Assembly (NCBI GenBank): GCA_041651535.1 | Contig: JBAZIZ010000005.1 | Coordinates: forward strand, 26,188 to 90,187 | Source: Patescibacteria group bacterium | GTDB lineage: Bacteria > Patescibacteriota > Patescibacteriia > Magasanikbacterales > UBA922 | Reading direction: 5' to 3' | Length of the DNA: 64,000 nt | Shown here: positions 60,826 through 64,000 of the stretch, in pieces | How the letters are laid out: each line of letters starts with the position of its first letter | Numbering within the stretch: the first letter of the stretch is position 1 | Notes under the pieces: model-generated | Told to the model about the DNA's origin: nothing | Databases searched by the model: none | The model's input: the letters and a program-made list of their open reading frames with translations, nothing else | Made by a program: the position numbers and the translations under genes

Positions 60826-62034
60826 ATGGACGTTAATAGCCAAGACAAAAAAAATTATGCCTATCTGCCAGATGATTTATTAGTTCAAATACTGGACAAA
60901 GTCCCAGACACTGTTGGAAAGATGAATAGAATGTTTGATACTCAGGATGAGCCAATAAAAGAAGGGATAGAAGATCTAAGACGCAAAAATTTAATTAATA
61001 AATTAACGAGCTTGGATTATTGTTATTCTCTTATTGCTGTAGATGGTAGTAATATTGTAGAAAAAATGACTGGTACTGATATATTGTTGGCTATGGGTGT
61101 TGGCGTTGAAGGATTATCAGAAGACAAAAACACTGAATGGGGAGAAAAAAATAATCAGTATTATAGTTGGCAAACAGTTCTTCCTCACGGAGAGGCAAAT
61201 GCTAGATTAATTCAGGGAATTATGTTTTTGATGGAATCAAGCGTATTGGCTCAATCTAATCATGAAATAAGAATAATGGATGGCAGTCATTTAAATCCAA
61301 TTATCAAAATAAATAGCATGCTTAGTGCCAGTGATGAAAACGCCGGCAAAGAGTATTGTGAAGCTTTAAAGGAATTTTTAAAAGAAAAATATAATAAGAT
61401 TATACCAGACATACCAGACATAGTATCTTCTGCCTTAAATAACGATCATATTATTGCAATGGTAAAATATAGCTCCTCTAGAGATATGCTAGATAGTCAT
61501 CTAAAAGAACACAAGGATATTAGATTGGATGATAAAACATTCTTTTCTTTGGGGCTTAACGAAGATGAATATACTACGCCATTACCTGTTGGGCAAAGTA
61601 AGGATGAGCGGCAGACATGGGGAGATCTTCATATGAGCTGTAACCTTGTTGCAATTGAGGAAAAAGATGCTTTGAATAAAGCGTTGAAGCAGTCATTAGA
61701 CCCTATAAAAACCAGAGACTCCAAGGGTCAAGAGAAAGAGTCTATCATTTATTTCACTTATTATAAACCATATCAAGATGGACCAGCTTACAGAATTGAA
61801 ATAAAAAAAACATTAGCACAAGATAAAGCCAGGCTAGAAAAATATTTACTTAGTATTAAAAAACAAATAATATTTCCAGAAATTAGAGAACCATATCCGC
61901 AATACTTAGTTGATTTAATGGCTAAAAGTATTGCAATGGGATTATTTTCAATACAAGAAGCAATTAGACTATCGCCTGATTTGAAGATAGATAGAGGTAA
62001 ATTTAATTTATTATTTAATTATAGAACTAAATAA
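60826..62034 (+). CDS. NurA-like nuclease
   Basis: IAVDGS and IMDGS acidic motifs, YRIE, C-terminal EPYPQYLVDLMAK; directly upstream of a HerA-like gene. Confidence 0.75.
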   Translation: MDVNSQDKKNYAYLPDDLLVQILDKVPDTVGKMNRMFDTQDEPIKEGIEDLRRKNLINKLTSLDYCYSLIAVDGSNIVEKMTGTDILLAMGVGVEGLSEDKNTEWGEKNNQYYSWQTVLPHGEANARLIQGIMFLMESSVLAQSNHEIRIMDGSHLNPIIKINSMLSASDENAGKEYCEALKEFLKEKYNKIIPDIPDIVSSALNNDHIIAMVKYSSSRDMLDSHLKEHKDIRLDDKTFFSLGLNEDEYTTPLPVGQSKDERQTWGDLHMSCNLVAIEEKDALNKALKQSLDPIKTRDSKGQEKESIIYFTYYKPYQDGPAYRIEIKKTLAQDKARLEKYLLSIKKQIIFPEIREPYPQYLVDLMAKSIAMGLFSIQEAIRLSPDLKIDRGKFNLLFNYRTK

Positions 62035-62042
62035 ATAAAAAT

Positions 62043-63878
62043 ATGTCAGAAACAACTAATTCAAAAACTGTCCTTGATGTAATTAATGGCAAGAACGAGC
62101 CAATTGGTATTACTAGTTCTCCTAGTAATACTTTGGATATAGTAATTGATATAACAGAAGCAAAGAAGGCGGAAAGAGCTCTGGGCCAAATGGTTTATGT
62201 TGCTTTGAAAGAAGATGGTAAGGACATTGTTGTTATCGGACAAATTATTTCTATCGAAACTCAAAATAGGTGGCATGAAGATCCGTCTTTTAAGGGCGTT
62301 ATAAAAAGACATGGAAAATTGCCACATTTAAGTGGAACTGCTGATAATAGAATTGCTACTATTAGCGTACAAGCGTGCTATCTGTTAGATAAGAATGATC
62401 CCGAGGGATATATACTCGGTACATCACCTTCTACTGGGGAGAGTGTGCAGAAAATGGATAATGATGTAATGACTGCATTAATGAAAAATCATGAAAAGCA
62501 TATAACCTATATGGGTAAAGTTTATGGGACTGACGTTGATTTACCGTTTTGGTTTAAGCATTTTGATAAAACTAATGGTGATGAATTGGGTGCCGGTGAT
62601 GCGTACCATATAGGCGTGTTTGGTAAAACTGGTTCAGGAAAAACCGTGACGTCAGCTTTTATGCTTCTTGGTTATTTGAAAAATAAAAGCAACTTAAGTA
62701 TTTTAGTTTTAGATCCTCAAAAGCAATTTTATTTAGATGCAGATTGTTTACCCGATAAAGCTAAAATTGAAGACAAAGTTAAAGCCTCGGGCTTTAGTTA
62801 TGAGAGATACAGTATATTAGATGATGTTTGTTTGCCTGGTAATTTATATGAACTTTTTGTCGAGTTATTAGTTAGTAACGGTTTTATAAAGAAAGCTTTT
62901 TATCCGATATATACTGATGAAAAAATTGAAGCTGCAAAGTTGGCAATTTTAGATTATTTAATTGGAAGGAGTAATCATCCAGCATTTTCTTTAAATAATA
63001 TTATTAATGGATCAGGAACTAAGATTGGTCGTCAAGATTTATTAAAAGATATGCTAACTAATTTTTCTTCAGTTGATGAGATTGATGAGACGAAGGGTAG
63101 TAAAACTGTTAAAAAAATAAAATATTCAACTTTTGTAACAAATATTTATGGCACTCCGACAACACAGGAGAGGCTTGTTAATAGAATTAATACAGCCTTA
63201 GGTAGATTTGATAAAGAAACTGATATGATTGAAAGATGGGAGTCTGCCTTGGAAATTTTTTCGACTAAGAAAAAAGACGGAAGTAGTAATAAAGTACAGG
63301 TTGACGATATAGTTGATAAAACTGTAAATAAAAACGGCAATTTTATTGTTCTAGATTTGAGTCCAAAGGATGGTGGGATTGAAAATGAGAATTTACAGGC
63401 TTTATTTGTAAAAATCATTGAATCTTCAATAGTTGAAGCTGGTGCAAAATTATATGCTCAAGGGAAGAAAGCTAATTGTTTGATAGTTATGGATGAGGCT
63501 CACAGATTTATTTCAAAGGAATCTCCTGATTCAAGAATTAAAGAATTGACCAATGAGATTATTGGCTCTGTCAGAACAACCAGAAAATATGGAATTGGTT
63601 ATATGTTTATTACTCAAACTATAGAATCTTTGGATGAAGAAATATTAAGACAAATGAGAATATTTGGTTTTGGTTATGGCTTAACAGCGGGAAGTGAGTT
63701 AAGAAAAATAAGCGAGATAGTTAATAACCCATCAGCTATCCAGTTGTATAAGTCATTTATTGATCCAAGTAGCAATAATAAATTTCCTTTTATGTTTTTT
63801 GGACCGATCTCTCCATTATCATTTACCGGGTCGCCGTTGTTTATGGAAGTTTATAAAGAAATTGCAAAATTTAAATAA
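62043..63878 (+). CDS. HerA/FtsK-superfamily ATPase (HAS barrel + DUF87-like)
   Basis: HIGVFGKTGSGKT, LVLDPQ, IVMDEAHRF, TRKYGIGYMFITQ. Confidence 0.88.
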   Translation: MSETTNSKTVLDVINGKNEPIGITSSPSNTLDIVIDITEAKKAERALGQMVYVALKEDGKDIVVIGQIISIETQNRWHEDPSFKGVIKRHGKLPHLSGTADNRIATISVQACYLLDKNDPEGYILGTSPSTGESVQKMDNDVMTALMKNHEKHITYMGKVYGTDVDLPFWFKHFDKTNGDELGAGDAYHIGVFGKTGSGKTVTSAFMLLGYLKNKSNLSILVLDPQKQFYLDADCLPDKAKIEDKVKASGFSYERYSILDDVCLPGNLYELFVELLVSNGFIKKAFYPIYTDEKIEAAKLAILDYLIGRSNHPAFSLNNIINGSGTKIGRQDLLKDMLTNFSSVDEIDETKGSKTVKKIKYSTFVTNIYGTPTTQERLVNRINTALGRFDKETDMIERWESALEIFSTKKKDGSSNKVQVDDIVDKTVNKNGNFIVLDLSPKDGGIENENLQALFVKIIESSIVEAGAKLYAQGKKANCLIVMDEAHRFISKESPDSRIKELTNEIIGSVRTTRKYGIGYMFITQTIESLDEEILRQMRIFGFGYGLTAGSELRKISEIVNNPSAIQLYKSFIDPSSNNKFPFMFFGPISPLSFTGSPLFMEVYKEIAKFK

Positions 63879-63884
63879 CTATTT

Positions 63885-64000
63885 ATGGGGACTGAAATGG
63901 GCGTTAAAGAATATCAACAATATTGTAAAGACAAACTTTTGAGTTTATATGATTCAGTTGATGTTGAATGGAATCCATTTAAAAAATTTAATGTAGGCAA
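63885..64000 (+). CDS. Next gene of the operon, truncated by the window end
   Basis: ATG 6 bp after the HerA stop; MGTEMGVKEYQQYCKDKLLSLYDSVDVEWNPFKKFNVG, open to the end. Confidence 0.55.
   Translation, partial: MGTEMGVKEYQQYCKDKLLSLYDSVDVEWNPFKKFNVG

Larger units (their letters stand above)
49635..64000. mobile_element. tRNA-adjacent genomic/defence island (right end outside the window)
   Basis: Switch from housekeeping genes to R-M, recombinase, terminase and defence-type genes after tRNA-Ser; 54.4-59.0 kb is visibly GC-richer. Confidence 0.75.

Noticed and set aside
49600-64000. attR copy of the tRNA-Ser(CGA) 3' end
   Set aside because: Not found by eye within the window; island boundaries remain unproven
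1-64000. Alternative genetic code (TGA=Gly as in Gracilibacteria)
   Set aside because: Conserved genes are full length under code 11 and TGA closes the P-type ATPase ORF at 49412

Overview
Very AT-rich bacterial chromosome segment. The gene set and architecture (short HrcA, membrane-anchored Clp ATPase, ECF sigma/anti-sigma pair next to a giant S-layer-like protein, mostly SD-less starts, many short GC-rich palindromes) suggest Patescibacteria/CPR (Parcubacteria-like); this is inference. Bases 1-49.6 kb are mainly housekeeping: ftsZ 3' end, Clp ATPase, WecA-like GT4, rplU, capA, pyk, dus, rny, tkt, the hrcA-grpE-hsp20-dnaK-dnaJ operon, rnhA, recJ, lepA, corA, beta-CASP RNase, pilT, PBP, tandem LOG, P-type ATPase and four tRNAs. 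Interspersed are REP/MITE-like repeats and three self-contained orphan-gene cassettes, two of which share a ~120-nt leader. From tRNA-Ser(CGA) at 49.6 kb to the window end lies an accessory island with: a structured leader RNA; an XRE controller plus a Type IIG-like R-M enzyme; a minus-strand ParB-methylase / TerS / TerL / serine-recombinase module with no portal or capsid; and a divergent operon HTH - DruA-like (DUF4338) - NurA-like nuclease - HerA-like ATPase - further ORF. That last operon is the best candidate for an undescribed anti-phage system. All family calls come from motif recognition by eye; no database searches were run.
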